A stretch of 64,000 nt of DNA from Octopus vulgaris (Eukaryota). Both the position numbers and the translations under genes were made by a program. The stretch covers positions 49,662,001 to 49,726,000 of the forward strand of contig OX597825.1 of NCBI GenBank assembly GCA_951406725.2. The letters are read 5' to 3'. Shown here in pieces: positions 25,092 through 39,632 of this stretch (the stretch's first letter is position 1; each line of letters starts with the position of its first letter). The notes under the pieces are model-generated. The model did not search any database and was not told the DNA's origin. It saw only the letters and a program-made list of their open reading frames with translations.

Positions 25092-25689
25092 CATATGAGG
25101 CGGTAACAGACCGTCTAAGTGCCACATTTTAAAAACCGAGAAAACCGCTGTCAAAACTTTCAAACTGCGGTATCTCGGTGGCAAAGAATAAAGTTAGGAA
25201 GCTGGGTTTTTGCCTTAAAATGACGGCGAAGAGCTTCTCTAATCATTACACCTATGTAAAGTTATTTATTTATGCATACATCTTTCAGATGTATGCATAC
25301 AAAGGTATTGTTTGTGTTTTAATATACCAAGGTAAGTATCTTTAAGAGATGTGTAAGACAAGATAGGAAGATAATAGTCCATTACCGTTACGACAGCAGC
25401 GAAGTATATTAGAAAATGATCCATAATACCTTGAAAAACGATACACCAAAGTTATTGCATGGGTGTGTGTGTTACTAAACTCTCAGATCCTACTTTGGAT
25501 AAACGATCATCATGTTAATAGCGTTGAGGTACAGTTTTTTCAGCTAGATTTTCGACCTTATTGAAGGCCTCACCAGCACTTACTCTCAACTTTTTCAGAT
25601 CCTAGACTTCGAGACAAAGAAAATAATATACTAAGCTCGAAAATGGCTGGGCTGGTGCTTACGACACTCTGTTACTAAATGCCTCATAT
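25092..25689. mobile_element. Possible old TIR element/MITE
   Basis: Imperfect inverted ends CATATGAGGC..GTAACAGA and TCTGTTAC..GCCTCATATG. Confidence 0.4.
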
Positions 25690-25774
25690 GCAATAGGATT
25701 TTCTTTCATGTAGAAGCTACATAAATACATACATACATACATACATACATACATACATACACACACATACATAC

Positions 25775-25841
<67 letters not shown>

Positions 25842-25847
<6 letters not shown>

Positions 25848-26595
25848 CAAAATAAGCAACAAGGATATCCAAGGTAGTGTTGGACAATCGTTTCATGCTA
25901 CTTCGTTTTATTAAGCACCGTATTACATCAGTTTTAAAATTTATTTAAAATTCACAAGCAGAATTATGGCTGTTAAATGGTAAGGGACATTGAAAACTTC
26001 TAGAGCATTAGTAGTATCTATTCCCCCTACCCCACTAACTTTAGCTAAAAGACATTCAAATATGTCTAAGTTAAATTGCTCAAAATGAGGATGGATTTAT
26101 GGCTTTGATATTTGTACTACCCCTTCCTCTATTTATAAATAGAAAAATGCCTGTTTTTCTCCATTGAACCAAGAATAGAACCCCCCCTCCTCACTGGTAG
26201 ATCTATATAACAAAGTAAACTCAGTGATAAAAAATCTACAGATTGAGAAGAACATACTACCACCATGTTCTTAATAATAAAATTAACCTCTCTGGCTATA
26301 TATCTACCCTCTTCGTAATGTTAGCAAATGAAAAAAGTATAAAAATGTGCATTGTCCGTTTAATAAAAAAATTCTATATGTGGCTGAAGCTTGTTCGACA
26401 TTTTAAAACTGATGTAATACTTACAGTGTTTAATAAAATGAAGTAGCATGAAATGATTGTACTACACTACCTTGGATATCCTTGTTGCTTATTTTGATTA
26501 TAATCACCTCATTTTATTTATATGGATAATACCATACAAAATTATGGTGCCTTTAACTTAAGTACCATATTCATCTGAATCTAAATTTTGCTGAA

Positions 26596-26600
<5 letters not shown>
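25842..26600. mobile_element. Inverted pLTR-like pair with a long-domain-II hammerhead-like motif
   Basis: 25842-25940 is the reverse complement of ~26401-26502; same family as 61255-61850. Confidence 0.75.
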
Positions 26601-26655
<55 letters not shown>

Positions 26656-26666
26656 TATATATATAT

Positions 26667-28108
26667 CAACTATCGATATTCTCCACACGCCAACTTCAGG
26701 AGAAGTCCAGAGAGCAGAAAATGCCATTATATATGGCCTTCATTGATCTAACAAAGGCTTTTGACTCGGTAAGCAGAACAGGCCTCTTCATCCTGCTCCA
26801 AAAAATCGGATGTCCATCAAAGCTGCTGAGGATCATCAAGTCTTTCCATGATGACATGCAAGGCACCATACAGCACAACGGTTCAACATCAGCCGCCTTC
26901 CAAATAAAAAACGGGGTAAAGCAAGGTTGTGTCCTCGCTCCTACATTGTTTGGCATCTTCTTCTCGCTCTTACTTTCACATGCCCTTCAGACATCAGATG
27001 ATGGTGTGTTTCTACACAGTAGAAGTGACGGGAAACGGTTCAATCTCTCGCGCCTGCGTGCCAAGACCAAAATCAGAAACGTCCTGATCAAGGAGATGTT
27101 ATTTGCTGATGATGCCGCTCTGGTAACACACACAGAAGAAGCCGTCCAAAGGCTCATTAACTGTTTTGAGCAAGCATGTAACGACTTTGGCTTAGCTATC
27201 AGCCTTAAGAAGACCAACATCATGGGCCAGGCTACATCGGACAAACATACATATTGGAGATCACAGATTACAAGAGGTGGAGAAGTTTACCTATCTGGGC
27301 TCTACCGTCACCTACAACCTATCCCTTGACGCTGAGCTCAATATACGCATTGGCAAGGCAGCTGCTGCGATGGCCCAACTCTCCAAACGGGCTTGGGACA
27401 ACAATAAGCTGACCAAGACCACGAAAATGAAGATCTACCAGGCATGTGTACTCAGCACTCTACTGTATGGAAGTGAGACTTGGACGCTATACACACGCCA
27501 AGAGCGTCGCCTAAACATCTTTCACCTGCGCTGCCTCCGAAAAATCATCCGCATCAAATGGCAGAATCATATCCACAACAAAGATGTCCTCAGGCAAGCA
27601 GGAATACCAAGCATGTTTGCACTCCTCACACAAAGACGTATGAGATGGCTTGGGCATGTTAGCCGTATGAAAGATGGCAGAATCCCCAAGGACATACTCT
27701 ACGGAGAGCTTGCTAGGGGTACTAGGTCTGTGGGTAGACCGATCTTACGTTACAAGGATGTTTGCAAAAGGGACATGAAGGTCTGCAACATCAATATTAG
27801 CGGTTGGGAGGCAGTTGCCGGCAACCGTGGAGAATGGCGACGTACTGTAAAAGAGGGAATACAAAGGAGTGACAGAGAGAGAGAGGAGAAATGGAAAGAA
27901 AAGAAGAGACGTCAACAAGAAACTATGGCACTACAACCAGCCAGGAACAGTCTTCGCTACATTTGCGGTACCTGCCAGAGGGAGTGTCTGTCCAGGATAG
28001 GACTACACAGCCACAGCAGGAACTGTATCAGGACATGAAATATAAAAGCCGGACTAGACTACTTTATGCGCAACTCCATTGTCTTCCGAGACAAAAAGGA
28101 TGCCAACG
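26667..28108 (+). mobile_element. 5'-truncated RTE-clade LINE (RT and C-terminal zinc finger), one frameshift near 27240
   Basis: FIDLTKAFDSV, GVKQGCVLAPTLF, LFADD, LLYGSETW, RMRWLGHV, CGTCQRECLSRIGLHSH; inserted in (TA)n. Confidence 0.93.
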
Positions 28109-28124
28109 ATATATATACATGTAT

Positions 28125-28420
28125 AGAATGAACGGTAAAGTCGACCTCGGCGGAATTTGAACTCAGAAAGTAATGGCAGACGAAATACCTATTTCTTTAC
28201 TACCCACAAGGGGCTAAACACAGAGAGGACAAACAAAGACAGACAAACGGATTAAGTCGATTATATCGACCCCAGTGCGTAACTGGTACTTATTTAATCG
28301 ACCCCGAAAGGATGAAAGGCAAAGTCAACATCGGCGGAATTTGAACTCAGAGCGTAACGGCAGACGAAATACGGCTACGCACTTCGCCTGGCATGCTAAC
28401 GTTTCTGCCAGCTCACTGCA
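28125..28420 (-). mobile_element. Nin/Deu-core tRNA SINE (28190-28420) next to a partial copy (28125-28189)
   Basis: Minus strand: GAGCTGGCAGAAACGTTAGC...GAGTTCAAATTCCGCCGA...TCATCCTTTCGGGGTCGA. Confidence 0.85.
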
Positions 28421-28689
28421 TTCATTGAGGAAACAATATTGCTATGTCTTTAGTGATCTCACTGACGGAAGGGATGTAATCAAATTCATATCCCTGACTT
28501 AACTTTTATGACTTCAATACATCATAACAGCAATAAAAGAAATCAAGTATTATTGTGTTGTAGGCCTAACACAGCTTTCACATTACTGTTAAATTAAGGG
28601 GAAATTTCTCATGCATCTTAGAAAACAAAATATTCCCAAACAATTATATTCTCTTCCTTCACGGGACCTACTTACAATATCCAATAATA

Positions 28690-28990
28690 TAAGAGACTTA
28701 GAATTGTTGAAAGCAATTTCCGACTGTGCTCACATTAACAATAAACTCGATGTGGTTCGCAGGATGAGCACCTGGATTCTAAGAACTTTCCCGTACAGAG
28801 AGGAATATTCCATCATTCCTCTTTTCTTCTCCTTTAGAGGGTCACGCCTAGAATACTGCTGCCACACCAAACAAATTATTAGGGGAGTTCAGTTACCAAA
28901 GAGAGCGATCAATAAAAAATAAAAGTATAACCGGTCTTGATTTTTGGGAACGCTTTAAAATATTTTTCTTTCCAGCGTCATGCTGAGGAC
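28690..28990 (+). mobile_element. Highly degenerate CR1/L2-like LINE fragment
   Basis: IRDL...WILRTF...SRLEYCC, resembling VRDLG...WILRTF...SRLDYCS at 63.3-63.5 kb. Confidence 0.55.
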
Positions 28991-30064
28991 TACATACTTT
29001 CCATGTTCTTATTCTAAGAACTATACAGAACTCTACTAACATTCATGTGTTTTAAATAGTACTGTATTACATTTGATAAATCCAGTCGTAAACAAAAATT
29101 TCTAAGTAAACGATGTTACTTTCTGTTTTTTTTTTTTTAAATAAGTATTTCATTTCACGCATAATTCTGTCTTTGTTTGTAGCCTCAAGAATTTCTTCTT
29201 TTTTTTTTTTTCAAAACTACTGTTGCTATATGCAGCTGCAATGTTAGAAATTAATAATTAAATTCACATATTTGTTGTTACAATAACAATTATGTGTTTT
29301 TATTTAAAATATTGTTACGGTTTTCCTCCGTAGAAATAACATTTGAATTTTTTTACAATAAATATACTTTTAATAACGCTGATTTTTTTTTTTGTCAACG
29401 ACAGAGTGTAAGTTGAGATAATGATAATTTCTTAAGTAACAAGAAGATGGACCCAGACTGATAAAAGTGATGCAATCCAACATGTTGATCACAGTCCTAC
29501 ACATAAGGGACCTAGCAGGATGGATCGAAACGACCGTCGTACAAAATAAAGATTAACACCATATCCATCTTCTCGTTACTTAAGAAATTATTAATACTAT
29601 CATACACAGATATATAAATATATGTATACATATATGTATATAATATATGTGTGTGTGTGTGTATACATACATATGTACACACATATGCATATATCTATGT
29701 GCATGTGTCTTTGTACTTGGATCTCCCCCCAAATGATGATTAGCGTTGCTTTGTTTACAAATCTGTAACCTAGCGAGTCAGCATAAGAAGCCGATAGGGT
29801 AATTACTAGGTGTAAAATTTATTTTTAAAATAAGCTTTGGGGTTGATTTCTTTGACTAAACCAGTCAAGGCAGTGTCTCACCATGGTTGCAGTCCAATGG
29901 CTGAAATAAGTATTAGATATTATTTCATTGTCGCTGTATGTATGTATGTATTATCTATCTACCTATCTATCTATCTATCTATCTATATATATATATATAT
30001 ATATGTATATACAAATATGTATATATATGTATATATGTATGTGTATATATATATGTATATATAT

Positions 30065-30360
30065 ATCACCGTCACCGTGACCGACCAGGCTATCAGATGT
30101 TGCTTCACATCGCTGGTCACAATGCGCTTCACATTGTTTTAGCCTTTAAATGACGTCACCCAGCTGACTAAGCGAGCAGGCAACAGAAGAAAGAGTGAGA
30201 GAAAGTTGTGGTGAAAGAGTACAGCAGGGATCGCTAGGGAGCCTCATGGAGCTTTAGGTGTTTTCGCTCAATAAACAGTCACAACGCCCGGTCTGGGAAT
30301 CGTAACCGCAATCATCCGACCGCGAGTCCGCTGCCCTAACCACTGGGCCATTGTGCCTCC
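30065..30360 (-). mobile_element. tRNA-derived SINE (same family as 50420-50677)
   Basis: Minus strand: GGAGGCACAATGGCCCAGTGGTTAGGGCAGCGG...CGATTCCCAGACCGGGCG. Confidence 0.85.
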
Positions 30361-30363
30361 ATG

Positions 30364-30454
<91 letters not shown>

Positions 30455-30461
30455 TATATAC

Positions 30462-30489
<28 letters not shown>

Positions 30490-30497
<8 letters not shown>

Positions 30498-30650
30498 TAA
30501 AAAAAAACAAAAGACGAAGACAGGTGGTGTAGACAACCAACAGATGTATTAGTTTAACGCTCGGGAAGTGAAAAAGTCTTAAACGATTCGAGCTTACTCT
30601 CTTCTACAGAAAGGGACACAGAAAGAAACAGGGGGTGAAAATAGAGACAA
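30490..30650 (-). mobile_element. Short repeat with a degenerate hammerhead-like motif
   Basis: Minus strand: TTT CTGTAGA AGAG AGTAAG CTC GAAT CGTT TAAGA; homologous to 21535-21700. Confidence 0.5.
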
Positions 30651-30835
30651 CCAACTCTATTTAACGCCTAGGGGCTGTCCAATCACACGTGACTTTGAAA
30701 AGTACGTTGTTCGTATATCTAGGATGTCCGACAAGTTTTAAATCCCCTTGGTGTATTATAATCAAATAAATAATAACATACGATGGATATTGAGCTGACA
30801 ATTAACCATCGTATGTTATCATTCATACATATAAA

Positions 30836-30919
<84 letters not shown>

Positions 30920-33900
30920 GGGGGTGTATGTGTGTGCGTCATCATTCATATATATATATATGTATATATATTTACAGATGTAGAATGACAGAACGTGTTG
31001 AAGTGGATAAATATTGAATATTAATTATGACAAGTCGCATATTTGTACTTAGATTTATCAATTCATAGGTATTTGTTCGCAATACTAGTTCTATTGTTGA
31101 CATCACAGGTCTTGGAAATGTTGAGTAAACAGATTTGAAATATCAGGTTCATTTAATTGTTGTAATGTATTGCCATTAACTCAAATGATATTTGCATGTT
31201 ATCAGCAGTATTCGAAATTATTTTTAGCTTTGAAATTATACATTCCACAGGGAATTGTTGGTAAATAAAGTATAATTCAAATGCGCAGTAGACATCAGAT
31301 ACAAAACCTTTCCTTTTAAATATGATTCTCAATTCATAAATTTTTAGCACAGCAAACATAGTATGTAAATGCTTGTCTACCAATAAATATCTTCCTCGTG
31401 ACAATGTCATGCACAGTAGATTCACAGAAATGTTATCGGTTACGTTAGACTTATTATTGATTATAGAAATATAATATTACACAGTGTGAATGTTGTGGAA
31501 TTTCGTATTCACTTCGTAAAAGAAAATAAAGAGAGATAAGACGGTAAATGAACATCTACCGTAATGTTTTGAATTATATATATGCGTATGATAATGCTGA
31601 AGAAGATCTTTTTTACTGGGTTTGAAATTATCAAGTTAAATGAGACACACTTTGATATCAGCTTTAAAAACATTAGTAGACAAGTTAGTTAATTTAGAAG
31701 ACTAAATATTTTTTATAGTTCTGGAAAATATTTGGAACATATTTTAAAGTTCAGTCGCCTAATAATAGTTTTATAGAATGTTAAATACCATAGAAAATAT
31801 ATCAAAGGAGTTAAACAATGTAGAGAATTTAGGGATCGTTATTTTAATGCCTGTACCGATGTGTCATGCAAGGTATCTTTTATTCTCTACTCCAACCTAC
31901 TTTATATCCTAAGTAACAACGACAGCACCAGCGCCGCTATTTCTAACACCACCACCACTGCCATGGACAGCAACAAAATGTGTTCTTATCATCATATAAT
32001 TATCTTCACTGACACTATTAATACTGGCACTACTAACTCTAAATATTACCATCATAATCAGTAACATGATCGGTACCAACAACATCAACACCACCTCATC
32101 CATCCTTATCATCATCCTCATCATTACTATCATCATCGAAATCAAATGAACCTAATCATCAAAAGAGTGTATATTCTTTACCAATTTCATTTGTTGCGGC
32201 AGTAGGTTAAACAGTTGGTTGTATAATGGTGGAATATAATAATGGAATGTGTTATTTACTTTGTATCTTAAGGGAATTGGCAATTATTAGCATTTAATTC
32301 AGTTACCACTTCTGCCATCACAACAACTCAACTTATAAATGGAATTATATCCATTATGTTCTCATGTTCTAAAATGTTTTGTTTTACAGCTAAAGAGTTC
32401 AACGTCTAAAGTAGCACAATTCTAGCCATTAGATAAACGAATATTCATGCTATATTGTTTCCCAGCTTAATTCAAACCAGGGTTTCATATATTATACATT
32501 ATTTGCATTACTTATTAGCTAAAAAGAAATTACAGTATTAATTATTCAAGATAAAACAATCCCCCCTCCTTATATTAGCAAATTCTAATTTAAAAATGAA
32601 TTGGCAATTACTTCGTCATGCATTAGCTGGCTTTAAAATCATTATTTGACCTTTGCAGATATCAAGTTTACATACTCGGCTTTAATCACTGTAATCTTTG
32701 AAAATGATTCACTTTGAAGAATAAACAGATACACTAACTGAATCTTTGCTAAAATTAAGAAACAATATAAAACTAAATCATCAAATTTACCCCATCAATT
32801 AGTTTATCTTTTATTACATATAATGTTACATACATTACAGTCCAACATCTAAACTATATTTGTTAGATATTCATTTTAGACATCCGGAAAATGTCGATAA
32901 AATTCATATGTATAAGTATTTCGGAATTTTGCTTAATTTTAGAAAATAAATTGAATTTTAATATGGTTGTAGATATTTGTCTTTTGTTAATTTTGCTTTC
33001 CTTTTCGAAAAATCTTAATTACATCGTAATTTTGAGAATTAAGAATGTTATTACATGAAATAGTAATTACTGGAGTATTATTTCTAATCTAGACTAATAG
33101 GTGCCTCAATGAGTGTTAGTGGGAGGAAACCATTTGTCCAAGAGCTCGATTTCCTAAAGGAATGAGTGAAATTGCAGCAATAATAATATACTCTTGCCTC
33201 AGGTGAATATTGATCTAGTAAATCAATGAACAAGATTATTCAATTGTAACCATCTTGCTGTTGTTTCAGGGAAAAAAATGGTTTTCGAGGAAATATTGTT
33301 TTCTTTTTCTTTTCTGAGATTTTTCTCTTCACACATTCTAATGCTTGGAAGTTCATTATAAATCCAAACGCACAGTTTTATTGCTGCAAGGTGGTATAGC
33401 GAAGATCTAAAAGACGTATTTGTTTGGGCATTCATTTGCTTAGGTCCTTTTCTGTAATTCACAAAGGCAATGATCATCTATTGGTTTTAGAGATGATTAT
33501 TTCTTAGCGCTATCTCCATCTCTCTAATCCAACATTTTTGTCACATTTTTATATGCAGCATTGTATAAACATAACATTGTTTCTCTGTTGGGTATTATTT
33601 ATGGAATTTTACCTAAACGTATAGCGAATGAGGTTATAGTTCAGTCATATTGGAGATAGTCGAATCATCTTACTTATGATGATACTTCAATAATCTGATC
33701 TGCTTTAATTTTGATTATCACATTATAACTAATACCCAACAAAACCATCGTTAACTATTCTCATCAAATGTTAAAGCTATTTGATGATCACCCAGTATAT
33801 GCCAGGGTTACTCATGATGAGCTACAAAATATTAAGCGAATATCAAGAAATTGTGATCATTTCAATAATTTTTTTTTATTTTTCGATATAATTCGAAGTG

Positions 33901-34073
33901 TTAAAATATTAACTTATTAACTTATATAATTAACTTATATGTCTAATTAATATCTAGTACTTTCAGAGATGCTACATACGTCTTCTGATGAGATTTAGAT
34001 TGTCATGCAGGCTTATATCACTTCAATTTGGATATATTTCAATTTGGCTAACAAAAACGTGAGAGAGAGAGAC

Positions 34074-34122
<49 letters not shown>

Positions 34123-34399
34123 AATTTGGAAATATTCAGAGAAATTCCACTGCAATATCAATGGCAGTTAGTTTTAAAAGACTGGAATACAGTTGATCTT
34201 GTAGAGAAATGAGATAAACTTCAAAGAAATTGTAGCGAACAAAATGCAATACACCAAGTCACTATCTGAAGAGATTGGTTAAAATGCGTTTTGGACAAGT
34301 TTATATTTCAAATTTAAAAAATATAATTTACTGACAGCAGTTAATCATAATGTATTCATAAATGCAGTTTAGTGCGGTGAGAACAGGTTCAAAATTTTG

Positions 34400-34595
34400 G
34401 CAGAAGGCAAGTTCGGGGTAGGGGTGAATCGATTACATTTGCTCCAGTGCTCAACTGGTACTTATTTTATCAACTCCGAAAGTATGAAAAGCAAAGTCAA
34501 CCACGGTAGAATTGAAACGTAGAACATAAAGACAAGCGAAATAGCCCTTAGCCTTTTGCCAGGCATTGTTGACGATTCAGCCAGCTTGCCGCCTA
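34400..34595 (-). mobile_element. Degenerate Nin-core SINE
   Basis: Alignable by eye to 28190-28420. Confidence 0.65.
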
Positions 34596-37500
34596 AAGGG
34601 TTATTCTATGCGGTTGGAGTATTAAATATTTATTCGGAGTAATTGATAAAATTTAATGATATTTTCGTAGAATTAGAAATTATTATTACAAATTAAAAGA
34701 CAATAAAATTAAAATACATTCGTTTTGATTGTTTTTTTTTTATAGTATAGAAAACCTTAATTTAAAAGTATTTTCTCCGTAGTCTCGACGATAAGCATTC
34801 AGTTACTCCATCTAACAAATGCCGACTTGTCAATGTACATTCCCCATTTATATGTAACGCGTACTCTTAACACATTTTACATGCTGAATTAATGCGAGGA
34901 AGCTCTATGTTTAAATTGAAGCTGCAATACAGAACATAAAGAAGGTCCCGTGAAGTTTATCCCTTGGCTTTTACTTTCTTTGTCGACCTCAAAATATTGA
35001 CATGCAAAATTTATCCGAATTCGTAGAATTTATCCGAAATCGGAGCATGAAGAGATGCAAAATGCAACGCCTTCGCAGCTGAAATGACGCAGATAATTAA
35101 TTCACTAGATCGTATTTCACTTGAAGCAGTACATGAATTCTTCCTAATGAAATTTTCCCTGAATACGCTCTCAAAAGTTTGCGAATTTACCACCTTCGAT
35201 ATAAATGTACGGTATATACATCTTTACTATCTTGAGTTTTCCTATTTTTTATTAATTCGTTTTAAAACATTTAAATACAGATTTAATTATTCTGATAATT
35301 TCTGATAATTTATGACGAATTATCTCAGTAATTTTATTAAACCATGTCGCCAAACTTGAATATAATAGAAGAGTGGAAATTGTTTTGTTATCGACTTTTT
35401 CTATTTAATCTTTATGTGACAAATCAATATACTAAGTATGCGCGATACTGATATGACGATAGAAAATTACAATATAAAGTGAGTTTTAATTCTGCCGAGG
35501 GCTCCAAAAATGTGCCTGTTGAACAGTAGGGTCGATGTAATCGACTTAGCAACACCCACAGAATTGCTGACGTTGTGCCAAAGTGTCAAACGAATATTTA
35601 GTGATTAGTTATGGTCAACGATTCAATATAATTCTTAAATCATTTGAACGGGAATTTCGTGGCTATGATTGCGAACAATGTCATGATAACAATGATTATG
35701 ATATGAATGGAAGATATGCTAAGGAGTATAATATTGAATATAGGATGATGATATTAATGATGATATTATAACGGTTATGATTTACAATGACGGTGATGAT
35801 ACGAAAGAAAGGGGTATTTAATCCTGGTGGTGCTACTGCTGTTAATAATAATGGAAATTACTATGCAGATAACTACGATTTTAATCGTGACTAACATCAG
35901 CATCATCCTCATCATCATCATCATCATCACCACCACCACCACCACCACCAATACCATCACTAACACCACTACGACCATTATCATCATCGTCGTCGCTGTC
36001 GTCGCCGTCGTCGTCAACATCATATTATCACTGTAATTCGATATACTGTGACTGGTTATCACTGAATTCATTGAATTGAATCTCGATAATAAAATGAACT
36101 TGAATTAAATATTTTGATGATTTAGCCTCAGTTCATTAGTTATGATCTTGCTTCAATCTCAGCTAATTAACGTTTATTTCAGTCATCTGATTAGCGAACT
36201 GGATTATTCCCTTTCAAAATAAGCACCCACTACTTACCTCAAAATATCAGTAATTCAATGACTTATCTCTGATTTCTAAATATCGAGTCATCATTAAAAT
36301 TACACCCCTTATGCAATTCCCGGTGAATTAATCCTTATATTTGTCCTGCCAAGTTCTTAATTCTTTCGATACAAGCCCCCTACAGAATGCCAAGCAAACC
36401 ATAATTTTTGAACTGATATGAAGAAAGATTGGGTTCAAATTCAAAGCTGGATGAACTTTACTATTTCCTTACTCAAGATTTCAAAAAGTCATACGAATTT
36501 TCTAATTTTGTGTAGTTTTATGCACTGTACTTGTAAATGAAATGACTGCTGTTTATGCATATTCTGTTAGAAATAATGCAGAAATATTAAATTAAATAGA
36601 CGATAATGCATTTGAGACAAATATTCTATTTTATGATTTTATCATAACTCCAAAATATCACATGCCAAAAGTAGAAGTGTCTGATTAAATAACTCACAGG
36701 ATTAAGTTGATGCCATTACATTTTAGTTCCAAACTCACCCGTTGTTATCCCTAGCATTCTTTCTGTCGTGATTACATTGTAAAATGAACACATAACATGA
36801 CGCTCAAGTCATTCTATTTAATACAGTTGTTTACTTTCAATATTCGGAGTAGCAGCGTGATCGGGATTATTTTTATTGCAAATGAGGAGTGTGTTTTAAA
36901 TCAGAGTATAAAATAGTGTACACTAACTAGAATTAATACAAAGGTATATAATAGATGTCGGATCGATAAATATTAAGTGTTTTCCTTGAATACATCACGT
37001 CTCATTTATAATTTGTATAAAAATAGTGGTGTGACAAATATTTTTACAACCAACTTATACATCATGATCTTAATTTAATTTACACTGATGTTAATTAAGT
37101 TAAGTTTTATCTCTCTGTATTAATGATACAAATACCAGTAACATATTGACTTCTCTTCAGTCGAATATCTGCCACATTCTTTCTTGTAGAAATCGTTTTT
37201 ATCAACTTTGCCATCTTAATACGAGAAGAAGCGAGATTGCATTTGCTTTTTAACTTCGCATAATTTCGGATCATCTGTGTGTAGAGATAGACTCACTGTT
37301 GGTTTGAAAAATGAGAACTATATATTGATTCAAGTAACTTGAAAGTGAATTAGTATTTAATAGAAATTTGAACATATATCGTAATTTCAGGTAGAATCAG
37401 TGTGATACATTGTGTAGGAATACTTGACGTTTATTTTACAGATTCAGTTCATTAGATGACTTCCAAATTTTTTCTAGTAACCATGTTCGCTCACTAACCG

Positions 37501-37687
37501 CATCTGTGTTAAAGCGGTAAAATACAGTTTAACTCAGTTACCAAACTTCGAGTTCGAAACACAAACCTCGTGCTTGCAAAGCGTAATTCTTATCCACTCA
37601 GTAATGTCTGCGTCTGCAACGTGTATGTTGGTTTCACGGTCTCGAAATCTCGCCTGTAATTTATGTGATGTGATGTTGCAGATCGTT

Positions 37688-37724
<37 letters not shown>

Positions 37725-38585
37725 TATTTATGACACGCATTTCAAATTACATTATCAGATATCCTTTACATTATATTTGGCGCCTATGATATAATATTCA
37801 TGAGAAATATATCGCATAACCACTAAGGTTAAATTGAATCTCAGTAAATAATTTACTTCTGATATTACAAGTGACAAACTTACTACTAGTAACAAGTTGT
37901 ATACAAATAAATTTAAATGATATTGATAATAAAGTGTACCAGGTAAAATGCATTAGTTACATGGTTACATAAAGACTATAAAAAGACAGAGAAACCAGTT
38001 GAAACGTGTGAATGAAAATATCATTTTAGAAAATTGTACATAACATTCGTTGAAACATTAAGGAAAAAAAAGGAGTAATGTCTTTTCCTTGGTCATATAA
38101 AATTGGCTATGTGTATCAAAACAAGATTAAGGTCGCTATATATGATTGCACTGAAATTTGTGTTCATTTTATTGATCCAGGTTGTAGTAGGCACAGAAAT
38201 CAGAAAATAATTAGTGATGTGTTAAAATAATTTAAAAAAAAAGATATTTCTTCGTAGAATGCTGGATTTAATGATCGAGCATTTTCATAATTTCTGTTAT
38301 ATCTGAACAACTGTTAACATACCACGTGTTGAAGTTGCGGTTTAAATACGCCATTCTTTCAAGCAGATCAACTTGATGTTTGTAGTCATGTTTCCAGGAT
38401 ATTTTTCTATAGTTATATTATTCTTGTGTTCTTCAAAACCTGAAACACTCAGAAATAATATTACTATTACTAATAATAGCTACAATAACAAAAATAATTC
38501 ATACGTATTTACACACATACATACACACATACAGATACGCGAACACAAAACACATACGAACACAAGGACAAATACACACATATAA

Positions 38586-38651
<66 letters not shown>

Positions 38652-39632
38652 ACATACACAAATATATATATGTAGAAACACACACACGCTACACACGCAC
38701 ACACATAAACACACACACATATTATGCAGACAATAGTAGCTTTTCCGACACTGTAAAATAGGTGATTGACACGAATGTAGCATATTTTAACTTACCCACA
38801 GGGTACTTAGCATAAAAAGCTGAGTCTTATTCTCTTCTCAGATATTTTAATCACTTTTTCTGTTCGCATCTATATTCATATATATTTTAGCAAAAACACG
38901 TATAGATGACCCTTTACACAGACTCATGCACGTCATCATCATCTCAAGCAGATATATAAATACATATATGCGTACGTACAAGACCACAGCTACGTACAAT
39001 CATATAGATATATACACATTCATTTATACGTGTGTGTGTATCTCAGTTTCACCTTAGTTGTGTGTGTACGTTATTGTTATGCTTGAGTGTCAATAGAGGT
39101 TTGTTAAATGTTGCTGCCTGTCTTGATTTCTTAAAATAACTAAATTTCGTGAGTCTATTATTATTTCTGACTTATTTAATTTTTCTTCATTATGTATCTT
39201 TCATTTCTATTAACAAGTATAACCTTTCTATACTTATTTGTAACTAGTTTATTATTATTTTATCTCTCGTTAATTATCAATAAAGCCATATTTATAATAT
39301 CCACAAATAGATGGAAAAATAGTGGATACGATAATACGATAATAATGGAAATTACAATATATTTCTTTTGTCTTTATTAGCTTCAGCTCAGGAACTGCAG
39401 TCATTGTAATACACATGTGTAATTTTGTTTGAAGACATTAGCAACTCAGTTCTTTTTATAGTATTGTATATTATTTGGATCTTAGTTGTTATGTCTAGTG
39501 CATAAGTGTGTTTATGCTGCCAGTATTAAGAGGTACATTTTTGTTCAAACTACACAAAAGAAAGAATAATGAAGCTTGCTATGAAAATGCAGTCATTCTA
39601 AGTAAGCACCGACTTAGACGTTTGATATGCTA

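Noticed and set aside
31000-39600. Host gene exons in the repeat-poor AT-rich stretch
   Set aside because: No ORF with recognisable domains or convincing splice pairs; small exons cannot be excluded without RNA data.
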